From Selaginella moellendorffii (lineage: Eukaryota > Plantae > Lycopodiophyta), in the NCBI RefSeq assembly GCF_000143415.4, contig NW_003314288.1:1172677-1236676 (forward strand): a stretch of DNA of 64,000 nt. Direction: 5' to 3'. The translations under genes were made by a program, and so were the position numbers. The notes beneath the pieces are model-generated. The model ran no database searches. It worked only from the letters and a program-made list of their open reading frames with translations, and had not been told where the DNA came from. Position 1 is the stretch's first letter; each line of letters opens with the position of its first letter. Below, piece by piece: positions 47,236-59,349 of the stretch.

Positions 47236-48985
47236 GGACCAATTCGCACGTTTATTTAGTGAAAAAAAACTTAAGCGACCCACTTTAAGAATTGGGTTCG
47301 CACATTGAAAAAATTTGTGTTGCAAAGTAAACTTATAAGGACTTTTGCATTCGCACATGTCTTAGATTTAAGTGGAAAAACACCCTCGGATTCGCACTTA
47401 AAAACAATGCATTCGAACACTTAAAATTCACTTAATTCAAAATTTGAAATTTGAAATTCAAATTCAAATGTTTAGGATTATATCCCGGCAAATTTCAAAG
47501 CAAACACGAACGCCACTGGCAAAGACAGAGGAAAAACGTGAGGTTCTCTCTAACCTCTTTCGCATCCTCTGGACTGTGCAACTCCTCACGAGGCTCCCCT
47601 TCCGCTTGCTCGGGATCACTGTAATCGACAAAGAGGTCCTGGGCGTTGAGCCTTTTCACCTCTTTCCCCGAAGATCAGTCTCCCCAACATTAATCAAGAA
47701 ATTGTGCAAGATGCAACAACTCTTGATGATGTTGGGAAGGTACTTTGGCTGGATCCTTTGTTTTTGATCCAAGCATCTGAACTTCATTTTAAGAAGTCCA
47801 AATACTTGCTCAATAACAATCCGAGCAAGGTGGTGATGAAGGTTGAAAGCTGCCTTGGATGGTGTTGGGTTCAGAGCTGAGCAACAACCAAAACAAGTGA
47901 ACCAAAGAAAGTAGAATGAAGAAGACTTACTTGTGTGTGGAATCATCAGATGCTGCTGGAGTTGGTACCCTTTGTCCCCCACTAGGTATGGCTTGATCCT
48001 ATCATCATATGCTAACACCACGGGCGATGTCAGCAGCTCCCTTGCTACAATCTTTTTCCTGAGGGTTGAATTACGAAAAACCCTCATGTCGTGGACGCGT
48101 CCTGAAAGCAAAAAGAACATTTTAGAACTATCCACAACACACAAAGAAACATACCTGGCCACCCAGCGTAGACACTGAGGACTCTTCTGGGCATCACAAA
48201 CCCCTTGCAAGATGACAGAGTACCGCTGCTTCCTGTTGTAGTAGCTCTCACCTGATGATCTCGGAGTACAGTCGATCGCCCCAGCAACATTAGGCAGTCA
48301 GGTTCCTATTGGTCATCAAAACTTATAACAATCCAAATAACATAAGAAAATGTACCTGTCACTTGTCGAAAGCCAGCAGCAACAGCTCGAACCTCCTTGG
48401 CGGTTGAAGGAAAATGAATCTTGTACCTGAGGCACTTGACAATCACTGCAGTGGTGTCCATGACAATCTCATGAGCTGTGGACTTCCCAATGCCGAACTT
48501 GTCCACCAGATCCAAATAATCTGTGTTCTTGAAAAGCTTGTACAAAGTCACCCCCAGTCGAACATCCACTGACACCGCACTCCTCCAACCTTGCTTCCGG
48601 ATCTCACTCTCCAGCATGCCACAAATGGTGAAGAAGGTCCTCTTCTCCATCTGAAGTTTCCTCTTCCACCTAGGTGGTGACATTTTGAGGCTTCACCCAC
48701 CACAGGCCGATGCAAAACCTCCTCCCAATCACAGCCCGACAAACCTCAAGTTCACGGTCTTCTTCCCTCTTGTCATCCGCAATGTGCATGAAAGCTTAAG
48801 CAACAAAACCTAATTGAAGAAAAGTCGCCAAACCCTAACCTAAGAATCTTCTCGAATATTTCCGGAATAATTTTTAACAACTTCCCTTAAAATAAAATGA
48901 CCCCCACCTTAGATTTGGTCGGGGTTTTTGAAAATTACTTAGGAATTCTCTAAATTCGCTTTTTTTTTTTTGTGCGAATCCAAAA
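47236..48985 (-). mobile_element. PIF/Harbinger transposon remnant with intron-containing HARBI1-like transposase pseudogene (~47590-48760)
   Basis: Motifs KFGIGKSTAHEIV, GAIDC, GRVHDMRVFRNS, GDKGYQL..HLMIP, FNLHH..ARIVIEQVFGLLKMKFRCL, CCILHNF. Subterminal TTCGCAC repeats at left, GTGCGAA near 48972. Ends approximate. Confidence 0.8.
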
Positions 48986-49124
48986 TACTAATAATTTTCC
49001 CATAAAAAATAAGGGTAAGTACATTACTTTAGCTTAAGTTATTGTGCAAATAAATTTTGAACTTTAATTTTCGGGTAACTCACAGTCATGCAAGAGCAGA
49101 GAAACAAATCGGGATTTCTAGGGT

Positions 49125-52100
49125 ATGCGTGCGGCGCTAGGGTTTGTGCGGTGTGTGTGTCATTTCTCAACAATCTCATGCAGTGGAAATCGTTTTTCAG
49201 GGATCCCACTTTCTGGTGGGACAACAGGTTCAAGAAGAAAAACAAGTTCTTCTCACCCGGATTTCAAACATGTTTCTACCGGAGAGAGCCTGTGGATCGC
49301 CAACAGGGAAACACCAACCTGGGTCTCTGCAAAACTCGAGTCGCTCGCTGACCCAGCTGTAGGTAAGGCCACCACGGTCCGCTACAAATCTCCACATACC
49401 CCACCTGTAGCTGGTGATGAACGGGTGAGTTTAGGGAGGCTGGTACACCGCGTGAGAGACTCAGCTGAGAGCAGATCCCTTTCTTTGGGAAAACAAGCCC
49501 ATGAAGCTGTGCTCAAGAGTGATGAGCACAAAAGCAACATCTACTTGTTGACGGGATTGATCGATATGTACTGCAAGTGTGGCGAGCTTGAGGAGGCTCG
49601 CAAGATTTTCGACTCCATGGGAACCCGGAGTGTTGTGTCCTACAACGCGATCATCCAGGGCTGCGGCTCGAACGGGCAAGCTGAACTTGCTCTGGAGTAC
49701 TACTCTGCCCTGAGAGCTTGTACCACCATTCAACCCAACGATCGGACACATGTCGCGGTGATCAGCGCCTGCTCCAGACTTGCTACCGAATCCAGCGAGA
49801 AGAGGGAGAGAGCTCTACGCATTGGGATGGAGATCCATTCAATTCTCAGCAAAGAGAAGAAACAGGTAGATCTGTTCGTGGCGACTTGCCTGGTAGACAT
49901 GTACTGCAAGTGTGGCGAGCTTGAGGAGGCTCGCAAGATTTTCCACTCCATGGGAACTCGGAGTGTTGTGTCCTACACCGTGATCATCAACGGCTGCAAC
50001 TCGAACGGGCAAGCTGAACTTGCTCTGGAGTACTACTCTGCCCTGAGAGCTGATAACACCATTCAACCCGACGATCGGACTCATGTCGTGGTGATCAGCG
50101 CCTGCTCCACACTTGCTACCGAATCCAGCGAGAAGAGGAAGAGAGCTCTACGCGTCGGGATGGAGATCCATTCAATGCTGAGCAAGGAGAAGAAACAGGT
50201 AGATCTGTTCGTGGCGAATTGCCTGGTAGACATGTACTGCAAGTGTGGCAAGCTTGAGGAGGCTCGCAAGATTTTCCACTCCATGGGAACTCGGAGTGTT
50301 GTGTCCTACACCGCGATCATCCACGGCTGCGGCTTGAACGGGCAAGCTGAACTTGCTCTGGAGTACTACTCTGCCCTGAGAGCTTGTACCACCATTCAAC
50401 CCAATGATCGGACTCATGTCGCGGTGATCAGCGCCTGCTCCAGACTTGCTACCGAATCCAGCGAGAAGAGGGAGAGAGCTCTACGCATCGGGATGGAGAT
50501 CCATTCAATGCTGAGCAAGGAGAAGAAACAGGTAGATCTGTTCGTGGCTACTTGCCTGGTAGACATGTACTGCAAGTGTGGCGAGCTTGAGGAGGCTCGC
50601 AAGATTTTCCACTCCATGGGAACTCGGAGTGTTGTGTCCTACAACGCGATCATCCAGGGCTGCGGCTCGAACGGGCAAGCTGAACTTGCTCTGGAGTACT
50701 ACTCTGCCCTGAGAACTGATAACACCATTCAACCGGACAATCGGACACATGTCGCGGTGATCAGCGCCTGCTCCACACTTGCTACCGAATCCAGCGAGAA
50801 GAGGGAGAGAGCTCTACGCATCGGGATGGAAGTCCATTCAGTACTGAGCAAGGAGAAGAAACATCTAGGTCTGTACATGGCGACTTGCCTGGTAGACATG
50901 TACTGCAAGTGTGGCGAGCTTGAGGAGGCTCGCAAGATTTTCCACTCCATGGGAACTCGGAGTGTTGTGTCCTACACCGCGATCATCCAGGGCTGCAACA
51001 CGAACGGGCGAGCTGAACTTGCTCTGGAGTACTACTGTGCCCTGAGAGCTGATAACACCATTCAAGCTGATGCTTGCACCTACACCTGCGTCCTTGTTGC
51101 TTGCGGGAGTGTGATGGCGATCAAGCTCGGGAGGGAGATTCACCAGCTGGCGAAGCATAAAGGGCTGCTGAAAAACAATCCAGTTCTGGGCTCCAGCCTG
51201 GTGAGCTTCTACGGCAAATGTGGCGATGTTGATTCTGCTCAGGAAGCGTTTGACGAGTGCCGTGCTCGGGACGACACGGGTCTCTGGAACTCTCTCATAC
51301 AGGCTTACACTCTCCAGGGCCGATCGATCGAGGCCTTGGAGCGTTTCTATTCCATGACTCAGGAGGAGGGCTGTAAAGCTGACGATGTGAGTTTTGTCTC
51401 GGTGTTGAACGCTTGCAGTCATGGTGGTCTGGTCGGGAAAGGAAGGCAGCTTCTGGATGAAATGCCCAAGCAGTATGGAGTCAAGCCACGTCTGGAGCAT
51501 TATGTGTGCCTGATCGATATGCTCGGGCGAGCTAACCTCCTCGACGAAGCTGTGAGAGTTCTCAGAGCCATGCCTTTTGAACCGGATGCAGTGGTTTGGA
51601 CGTCCCTGCTCGGAGCCTGCCGGAAGTGGAAGAATTACACGATCGGCAAACTCGCATTTGAGCGTCTTGTGGAGATGGATCCCAAGAGCGGCACGCCCTA
51701 CGCATTGATGGCCAATATATTTGGAAACCTGGGGATGCTCAGTGAAAGGGCCGCTGTTGTGGAGAGAATGAGAGGTGAAGGCAGCTTCAGGGAGCCCGGG
51801 AGAAGCTGGTGGACGGATGTTAGCTCAGGAAAAGTGCATTCTTTTTCTGTCGGGGATAGGAGTCACTCACAGAGCGACGAGATTGCGGCCAAGCTCAAGC
51901 AATTGTTGCTGAGAATGAAAGAGGAGGGGTACACGAGCGATGTGATCAACGTTCTAAAAGTCATACCCGAGGAAGAGAAAGAGGATCACCTGTGCGGCCA
52001 CAGTGAGAAGCTTGCGCTGGGGTGTGCTCTGGTGAACTCGCACCAGAAGGAGACCATCAGAATTGTGAAAAATTTCCGAGTTTGTGACGATTGCCATGCG

Positions 52101-52208
52101 GCCACTGCTCTCATCTCTAAGCTGGAAAAAAGGCTAATCATCTGCAAAGATGCCAGTCGGGTTCATGTGTTCCAGGATGGCAGATGTTCCTGTGACAACT
52201 ACTTTTGA
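49125..52208 (+). CDS. PLS-class PPR-DYW RNA-editing protein, 1027 aa, with partial N-terminal OSB PDF motif
   Basis: PLS triplets, E domain, PG box (PGRSWW), HSEKLA and CDDCH zinc ligands, C-terminus CSCDNYF. Confidence 0.92.
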   Translation: MRAALGFVRCVCHFSTISCSGNRFSGIPLSGGTTGSRRKTSSSHPDFKHVSTGESLWIANRETPTWVSAKLESLADPAVGKATTVRYKSPHTPPVAGDERVSLGRLVHRVRDSAESRSLSLGKQAHEAVLKSDEHKSNIYLLTGLIDMYCKCGELEEARKIFDSMGTRSVVSYNAIIQGCGSNGQAELALEYYSALRACTTIQPNDRTHVAVISACSRLATESSEKRERALRIGMEIHSILSKEKKQVDLFVATCLVDMYCKCGELEEARKIFHSMGTRSVVSYTVIINGCNSNGQAELALEYYSALRADNTIQPDDRTHVVVISACSTLATESSEKRKRALRVGMEIHSMLSKEKKQVDLFVANCLVDMYCKCGKLEEARKIFHSMGTRSVVSYTAIIHGCGLNGQAELALEYYSALRACTTIQPNDRTHVAVISACSRLATESSEKRERALRIGMEIHSMLSKEKKQVDLFVATCLVDMYCKCGELEEARKIFHSMGTRSVVSYNAIIQGCGSNGQAELALEYYSALRTDNTIQPDNRTHVAVISACSTLATESSEKRERALRIGMEVHSVLSKEKKHLGLYMATCLVDMYCKCGELEEARKIFHSMGTRSVVSYTAIIQGCNTNGRAELALEYYCALRADNTIQADACTYTCVLVACGSVMAIKLGREIHQLAKHKGLLKNNPVLGSSLVSFYGKCGDVDSAQEAFDECRARDDTGLWNSLIQAYTLQGRSIEALERFYSMTQEEGCKADDVSFVSVLNACSHGGLVGKGRQLLDEMPKQYGVKPRLEHYVCLIDMLGRANLLDEAVRVLRAMPFEPDAVVWTSLLGACRKWKNYTIGKLAFERLVEMDPKSGTPYALMANIFGNLGMLSERAAVVERMRGEGSFREPGRSWWTDVSSGKVHSFSVGDRSHSQSDEIAAKLKQLLLRMKEEGYTSDVINVLKVIPEEEKEDHLCGHSEKLALGCALVNSHQKETIRIVKNFRVCDDCHAATALISKLEKRLIICKDASRVHVFQDGRCSCDNYF
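49540..51070 (+). repeat. 333-bp (111-aa) near-identical tandem repeats of one PLS triplet, about 4.6 copies
   Basis: ATGTACTGCAAGTGTGG recurs every 333 nt (near 49566, 49899, 50232, 50565, 50898). Confidence 0.95.
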
Positions 52209-53679
52209 AAACATGTCAGTGCTCTTTCTTGCAGTTATCCCTGGTTTTAAACCCTCCGTGAGTCAAGTAGAAACATGGGCCGCTGAGTGAGCATGCCTCG
52301 TCAAAGTACCGCCGTCAACCTGAACTTCACGGAGAAAAAATTAACATTTAAAAGTTAAAACTATGCAAAAGGAGGATGACACGTTAAATTTCTTTTTGGG
52401 GAATGCTGACTAAACCTTCCAACAGGTGCCCCAAACAGAGCGCCCAGATTCAGATAATAAGCCTTAGTATGAAGACTTGCCAGTACCCAAACTCTTTGCT
52501 GATAGCAAGTACCGCATCATGTTCCGGGAGCAAGGTGATGGCGGCTTGCGGCATGACCAACTTTGGGTTTGTGCTCCTAGAGCACGTTGAAGACGTGTGG
52601 AAGCTGGTGACGATAGCATTTTTTTCTTGCGACATACTCACCAGTTCCTCGGCAACGTCTTCCTTCCAGATTTTTTGAGCTTGTCGTGAGTGGTGACCTG
52701 CTTGCTCTCTCCTGTGACGACTTCTTCCAGCCTCTGGTGCCCAACCTCAAGACTCTCTTGTGGGCCCTACACAGCATGTGTGTGTGTATCAACTAGCAGA
52801 TGCACAAATCGTTGAGAATTAGCAACAAGCAGCTCTCGAGAAGCAGTATGCGTTTCTGGACACACCGACAAGCCGGGGCTCCTCGGGAGGAGTTGTGTAT
52901 CATAGGCTTAGTACGTAGTGTACTAGTGTACATGTACATGTGTTTCAGCTAAATATAATGGGCCAAATACACCGAAGAAGTGTGTATAAGAAGAGTAGAA
53001 ACAAATTAAGAAATGTAAATTAAGAAGTGCAAAAGAAATTAAAATAATTATTGTCCATCCTCATCAGTTTGCTGAAATTAAGTTGGATTCAATTCTTCCA
53101 GCTCCAAATATTTTTTAAGTTAATTAGTAGTAGAAAATAAGGAAAAAACAAACATTGAAAAAATAGTGTTTGATAATATCTTCTTTGCTTTTTTATTTTC
53201 GAAAGAAAAATAGTGGGGGAGTGCTGGTAAAGATATCTTGGCCGTTCATTGGTGGTTAATTAAATGAGCATGTTTAGAGATGTTTACAAGAGTTTAGCTC
53301 TGGACCAATTCGCACATATTAGTAAAAAGCTCGTGTTTTCTGTTTGTTCTTTTTCTAATTCTTTTCCTTTTTAAACTTTACAATGTCACAGCTTAATTGC
53401 AGCAGCTTAGATGTTTATTTATTTATTATTATTATTGTTAAAAAAATCTCTTTGATTTATATAGAAAGTGAGCCAGTTGCTCAAGAGCTGAAGAATCAGT
53501 ACATGTATAATTTTCAGACAATCTTCTAACTGGCTGAACATCAGGTTTTTATGATTATTATTATTATTACTAACAACACGCACAAACATCCTAGAAATCC
53601 CAATTTGTTATTCTCTGCATTCATTTTTTATATGATCTGTTGCTGCATGCACTTAACTGTAGGTAGTCTTCAGTTCTTC

Positions 53680-55570
53680 AATATAATCTGCTAACTAAAA
53701 GATATCGATGCACTCAATACTCCAACTCGTTTGAGAATAATCCAAGGCCCACAGTACTGTGGCAACAATTTAGAACTACCTCCACCTTGAAGAGCTCACT
53801 GAGCTTTAGACAACTGAAGGAAAACCTTGTCTCCAACCTGAAACTGCTTGTGCTAATGATGCTCATCAGCCAACTCCTTTGCCTGGTGCACCTTAAGAGA
53901 AGCCAAGTTCATACCAACAGGGGACCAAGGTTGAAAGCCATACATTGCCATAAATGGAGCCATCTCAATAGCCGAATGGAAGGCACAGTTATGGGCAAAC
54001 TCTAACAAAGGCAAGTACTTCTCCCAAATACCTTGCCTCTTCAGATGACCAACAAACGATCTCAGCATGTCTTCCAGCACCTAATTAACTCGTTTTGTTT
54101 GTCCATCTGACTGTGGATGCTCATGCTCAGCTTTGTCTCAAGCTTCTGGAACACCATTTGCCAAAACTCCAAAGTGAACATGGGATCCCGATCACTTACA
54201 ACATCCTTAGGCAGCCCATAGAGACAAACAGCTGAGCAAAGTCAAAAGCTTTAGCATTCATCTTCACAAAGAAGAAGTGAGCCAACATCATCACACAATC
54301 CACAACAACCCAGATAGCATCATTGCTTTGAAGCGCCTACTATGAAACTCATAGAAAATGCTATCCCACTTCCGCTGAGGTTACCTATGGTAGAGACCTT
54401 CATGCCTCTGACAATCCATTGTGACCACCTGGCCGGTCTAACAACTGTGCACATACTTATCTGCACCTGATTTCATTCCAGGCCAAAATAAATGCGTCTC
54501 TACCAGAACACACGTCCTGGGGGAATTTCCGCCCACTCGAACCTTTCGGGGACACGCGGGGAGTGATAAAAAATCTCGTCGTTAATCCCAGAAGTAAGGA
54601 GGTAATGTGTAATCATGAGGAATGAAGGGTCGTCTTCAAGTCCTGAGGTTCGAGCCCCGGCCAAGCCACTTGGTGCAACAGACACTCTTACAAAATCCAC
54701 TGTAAAAGAACATCATCTCTAGGAACCATAGCCCGATTCCTCTTGACTAGGAAACCATCTCGTACATCGAAGGGCATTGAAGTAAGCAAGCTCCTTAATT
54801 TCATCCAGCAAACCACTGGAGAGCTTCTGAAAGGAGTAGACAGTAAAAGTGGTTGTTTCTCCATTGTCTAGGATGGTGACCAGAGTCAAAGAGGACACTG
54901 AGCACTTGGCTATGCACAACTCATTGCACAAACAACTGTACAGCTCAGATGAGTTGATACAATTCTTCTTCACTCCTTCAGAAAGTTTAGTGACAGCAGT
55001 GTCAACTAGAACACGAGTAGATACATTCTCTCCTTGGTCCACACTTACACCCATGGCCTCACTAGGATCAGAAAGAGAAAAGGACTCATGAGCCATATCC
55101 TCTGAACACATAGACTCCATAGTGTGATCCTTAGCCTTCTACCACAAGTGGCTTATCACAAGCAAATATTTGTAGAATATACATGATTGCTTTAACCGCT
55201 CAAACACTTCTTGACACTTTCACCCCACACCAACTTAGCATGCTTGGTGGTGTTTTGAAGAATATCCACCAAAGGAGCAGCAATCAAGGAGAAGTCCTTC
55301 ACAAACCGGCAAAAGACTCCCACCATACCAAGGAAACCCATGCACAGTAGGGGGAACAAGCTAGTCAATGACTATCTGAGTCTTTTGAGGATCTTCCTGC
55401 ACACCATCTCATGGCACCACATGTCCGAGATAGGTGATCTCCTCCAAGAAGAACTCACGCTTTGACAGTTTAGAATACAGCTTGTTCTCCCTCAATAGCA
55501 GCAACATTTGCCTCACATGCATCTCATGTTCCTCCTTAGCCATAGAACATCATCAAAGTAGTACCTTGCA
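53680..55570 (-). mobile_element. Degenerate Ty3/gypsy pol remnant (RT and integrase fragments)
   Basis: LEDMLRS...WEKYLPLLEFAHN, VVSDRDP, HPQSDGQT and RT-like LRENKLYSKLSK.EFFLEEITYLGHVV fragments with stops. Confidence 0.7.
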
Positions 55571-55599
55571 CATGAGATTGCATAACTCTATCAAAAGAA

Positions 55600-56992
55600 C
55601 CATTTGATAATAGTTAGCCTCGGCCATCATATGAAGCATCATCTTTGCTGTGTTAGAAAAGACTCCTTGAGCATTCCAAAGTTTCAAAATGAGATAATCA
55701 AAGGATCTCAGCTAGCAATAAGTTGTTCTAGCATGGTTAGTCTTTTTTTGATCAATTCTTCTTAGTTGATTTCATATTGTATTATCATTCATAGTGATGG
55801 AACGATGTACTCGAGTGGTGTCAAAGCTTCAAGGCCATAGGTGAGCTTAAATGGTGTTGAATTTGTTGAAACCTTATATGTGGTTTGATATGCCTATAGG
55901 GCATCGTAGATGTGATCGTTCTAGTCTTTCTAATTTATTTTCACGATTTTCATGAGGATGTTTTTGAGTGTCTTGTTTGTAGACTTTTCTTGACCATTGC
56001 CTTGAGGGTAGTACAGTGTTGAAGCCTTATGTTGAATAGTTAATTCTTGAGTCAGATACTTAATTCGTTGGTAGATGTTGCATTTTTTACAGAACTTGGC
56101 TTAGTTGTGCCAAAGTGTTGGCCACTAAAGTCTTGCTTGTAAAATTTTTCAAGCTGTGATTTCTTCAACAAAATGTCCTCTTATTTATCCACAAGAGGCT
56201 TCTTCAAATAGATCTTGTGTTTCTTCTGGGTTTGCACATCTTCTTAAAATGTTGTCTTTTGTTTGTACAGTCTTCTTCTCACAACTGAATATGGTTTTGT
56301 CCTCAAGACAAATTGCTTGTGCTTGTTGGAGGTTGAATATTAAGTTGGTATTGTTGCTGTTGTAAGGTAGTAGTAGATGTTGTCCATCTAGATTGGTGAT
56401 GTGTGAATTAAAAGGATATTGGAGTCAAGAAAGTTGTCCATATTGTGTTTCGGTTGTTCATCAGTTGTAATACGGCTTAGGTGGTCGGCTTGTTCATGTT
56501 CTCTTTCAGGCTTCTCGAAGTTGTATTCTTGAAGTAGTAAGAACCATCATGCAATTCTGCCAGTGAGGATCGCTTTGTTGAGAATGTGAAAGAAGTTACT
56601 GAGTAGGTAGTGTCGAAACTTTTGGAGTGCGTAGATCATTTCTAGAGCTTCTTTCTCAGTTGTAGTGTAGTTCATTTCGGTTGAGTTGAGTCTTTGACTT
56701 CCATAATAGATTAGTTGGTATTTATGATCTTCTTGTTGTTGCAAAAGGATCGCTCTGAGGGCATAGTTGGAGGTGTCAACTTGGATGTTGAAGTCTTTGT
56801 TCTAGCTTGGTTGAGCAAGTATTGGAGCTTGGGTGAGGGAATTCTTGAGGTTGATAAAGGCATTTGTAAGCTTGATTCTTCTTGAGGAGTTCGGTGATGG
56901 GTTTTGCAATCTTAGCATAGTCTTTGATGAATCTTCAATGGTATCCCATCTTACTGAGGAATGATTGAAGGCTTGAAATGTTGAATGGATGT
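55600..56992 (-). mobile_element. Degenerate gypsy RNase H/integrase remnant of a different family
   Basis: LKNSLTQAPILAQP, IYYGSQRLNSTEMNYTTTEKEAL..IYALQKFRHYLL, YYPQGNGQ. Confidence 0.75.
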
Positions 56993-58725
56993 TGTCAAGA
57001 CCCCCAAGAAGATCAAGACTAGAAAATGCAGAAGACAAAGAAAACAGTTAGTGGAGACGAAGAAAAAACCTTAGACTGGCGTTGATTCAGATTGTGGAGA
57101 AATGAATCAAGGCTAACCTAAATATACTATAGGTTGATAGAACTCCACCACTCTTGGATTGAGGATGGCCTAAATATAGCTGAGGTCAAGGAGGCGCCAC
57201 ATCATCATTAGGAATGTGGTTTGAGAATCAGGAATTGTACGGGAAATTAGAGAGTCAGGAATAGGGAAGTGTCTCAAGAGTCAAGAATGTGGTCTACGGG
57301 TCAGGAATCTGGCGAGAGTCAGGAATGTGGCAAGAATTGGGGGATTCCTGACAGCACCCCCTCCTCAAGAATGAGTGGAATAAGGACGTGAATGAGAACG
57401 AAGAGGAGGATGAGATGGGCATCAAGGGATGGGAGATAGAGAATGAAAAGAATGAGGACTGGGATGAGAAGGATAGCAATAATGGAAGTCCTGAACAAGG
57501 TTAGAAGAATGAATCAGGTTGTTTGTAGGTTCCCAAGTGCGTTCCTCAGGTCTGTAACCCTTCCAGTCTACCAAATAGTAGAGTTTACACTATGAGATCT
57601 TGGAATCAAGGATGTCCTAAACCCCGTGCTCAGACCCATTCTCGAGCTGCATTGGTGGAGGCAGAGGAATGACCTGATTTGGAATAGGACTGGGAATATA
57701 AGGCTCAAGGAGAGAGGAGTGAAAAATAGGGTGAATTTGATATGAGGAGGGAAGTGCAAGGCGATAAATGACAGGATTAATGATGGTAGTGATAGGGAAA
57801 GGACCAAGGCATTTGAAATTGAGTTTGGGACATGGCCTGGTGGTGGAGATATTTTGCCTGAGGAGCCAGAATTTATCCCCGATATTGTAAGGGGGACAAT
57901 TCGAACAATGGACATTGGCAAATGTTTTGTGAGATTTCTGAGCACGATGGAGGTGGAAGGAGATGGAGTTGTGGATTTCTTGGAGGTTGGAGACAAATGC
58001 CTCAGAGCGGGGATTTGAATGAGAGGATTCATATGAACAAGGAAGTGAGAGATTAATTCGGGGATTTCGGACAGAGTTTGCAAAGAAAAGGGAAACTCGA
58101 AGGGAGGAGTGAATGGAGTTGTTATAGGAGAACTCAGTAAGGGGAAGGATATCGAACAAATCATCCTAATGATAGTCGATGAAGCACCTCAGGAATTGTT
58201 CCAATGTTTGAATCGTTCACTCGAACTATCCATCAGTTTGAGGATGATACGCCGAAGAGAAGTTGGCCTTCACTCCAAACAGTTGCAAGAAGCATTGCTA
58301 GAAATGAGAGATGAACTAAGGTCCCCAATCCAAAACCATATCTGTAGGAATCCCATGAAGTTGGAAAATTTCCATGAATATCAGTTTTGCCATGTCCTCC
58401 CTCAAAAAATCCTTGGTACACAGCAGGAAGTGCATCATCTTTGTGAAGTGATCCACCACGACTAAAATGCTATTGAAGCCTCTAGAACTCGGAAGATCAC
58501 TCAAGAAATCCATGGAGATGGATTCCCAAGGACTTGAAGGGACAGGGAGGGAATGAAACAAACCTGAAGGAAGGTGGCAAGGTATCTTATTCCGGGTGCA
58601 AGTGTCATAGGAGGTAACAAAAGCTTTGATGTAGTTGTCCATGTGAGGCCACCAAAAATCCCATGCAACTAGCTCATAGGTTTTCACAATACCAAAGTGA
58701 CCAACAGTCGGGCTATCGTGGCAAG

Positions 58726-59317
58726 TGTGAGACACAAAATCCCTAGGCCCCAAAGTGGAGCCGGAAGGGCGCCACATGGTAGTGGCCGGAGTGAGAGCCA
58801 AACGAGCGTAACACGTTTGGACCAAAAGCTCCGACTTGAAAAGTCAAGAGCGGGAGTGGAACTCCCAACGAAGTGCTCGAGGAACAAGCATGAAGCGAGC
58901 AAAAGGCGAGGCTCCAAAAAGGGACCCAAAAGGACCAACACATGACACGTGGGAGTGTCCGAGATGGAGTCCGAAGTGGAGTCCGAGGTGGACCCGAGTT
59001 GGAGTCCGAAGTGGAGTCCGAGATGGACTTGAGATGGACCCGAAATGGAGTCTGAGATGGAGTCCGAGATGGACCCGAGATGGACCCGAGATGGAGTCCG
59101 AGATGGAGTCCGAGATGGAGTCCGAGATGGACCCGAGATGGAGTCCGAGATGGAGTCCGAGATGGAGTCCGAGATGGACCCGAGATGGACCCGAAATGGA
59201 GTCCGAGATGGAGTCCGAGATGGACCCGAGATGGAGTCCGAGATGGACCCGAGATGGACCCGACATGGAGTCCGAGATGGAGTCCGAGATGGAGTCCGAA
59301 GTCGAGACCGAGACCGG

Positions 59318-59349
<32 letters not shown>

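Noticed and set aside
52280-52900. Short minus-strand coding-like segment downstream of PPR-DYW
   Set aside because: Could be a gene fragment, but no recognisable domain or consistent exon chain.
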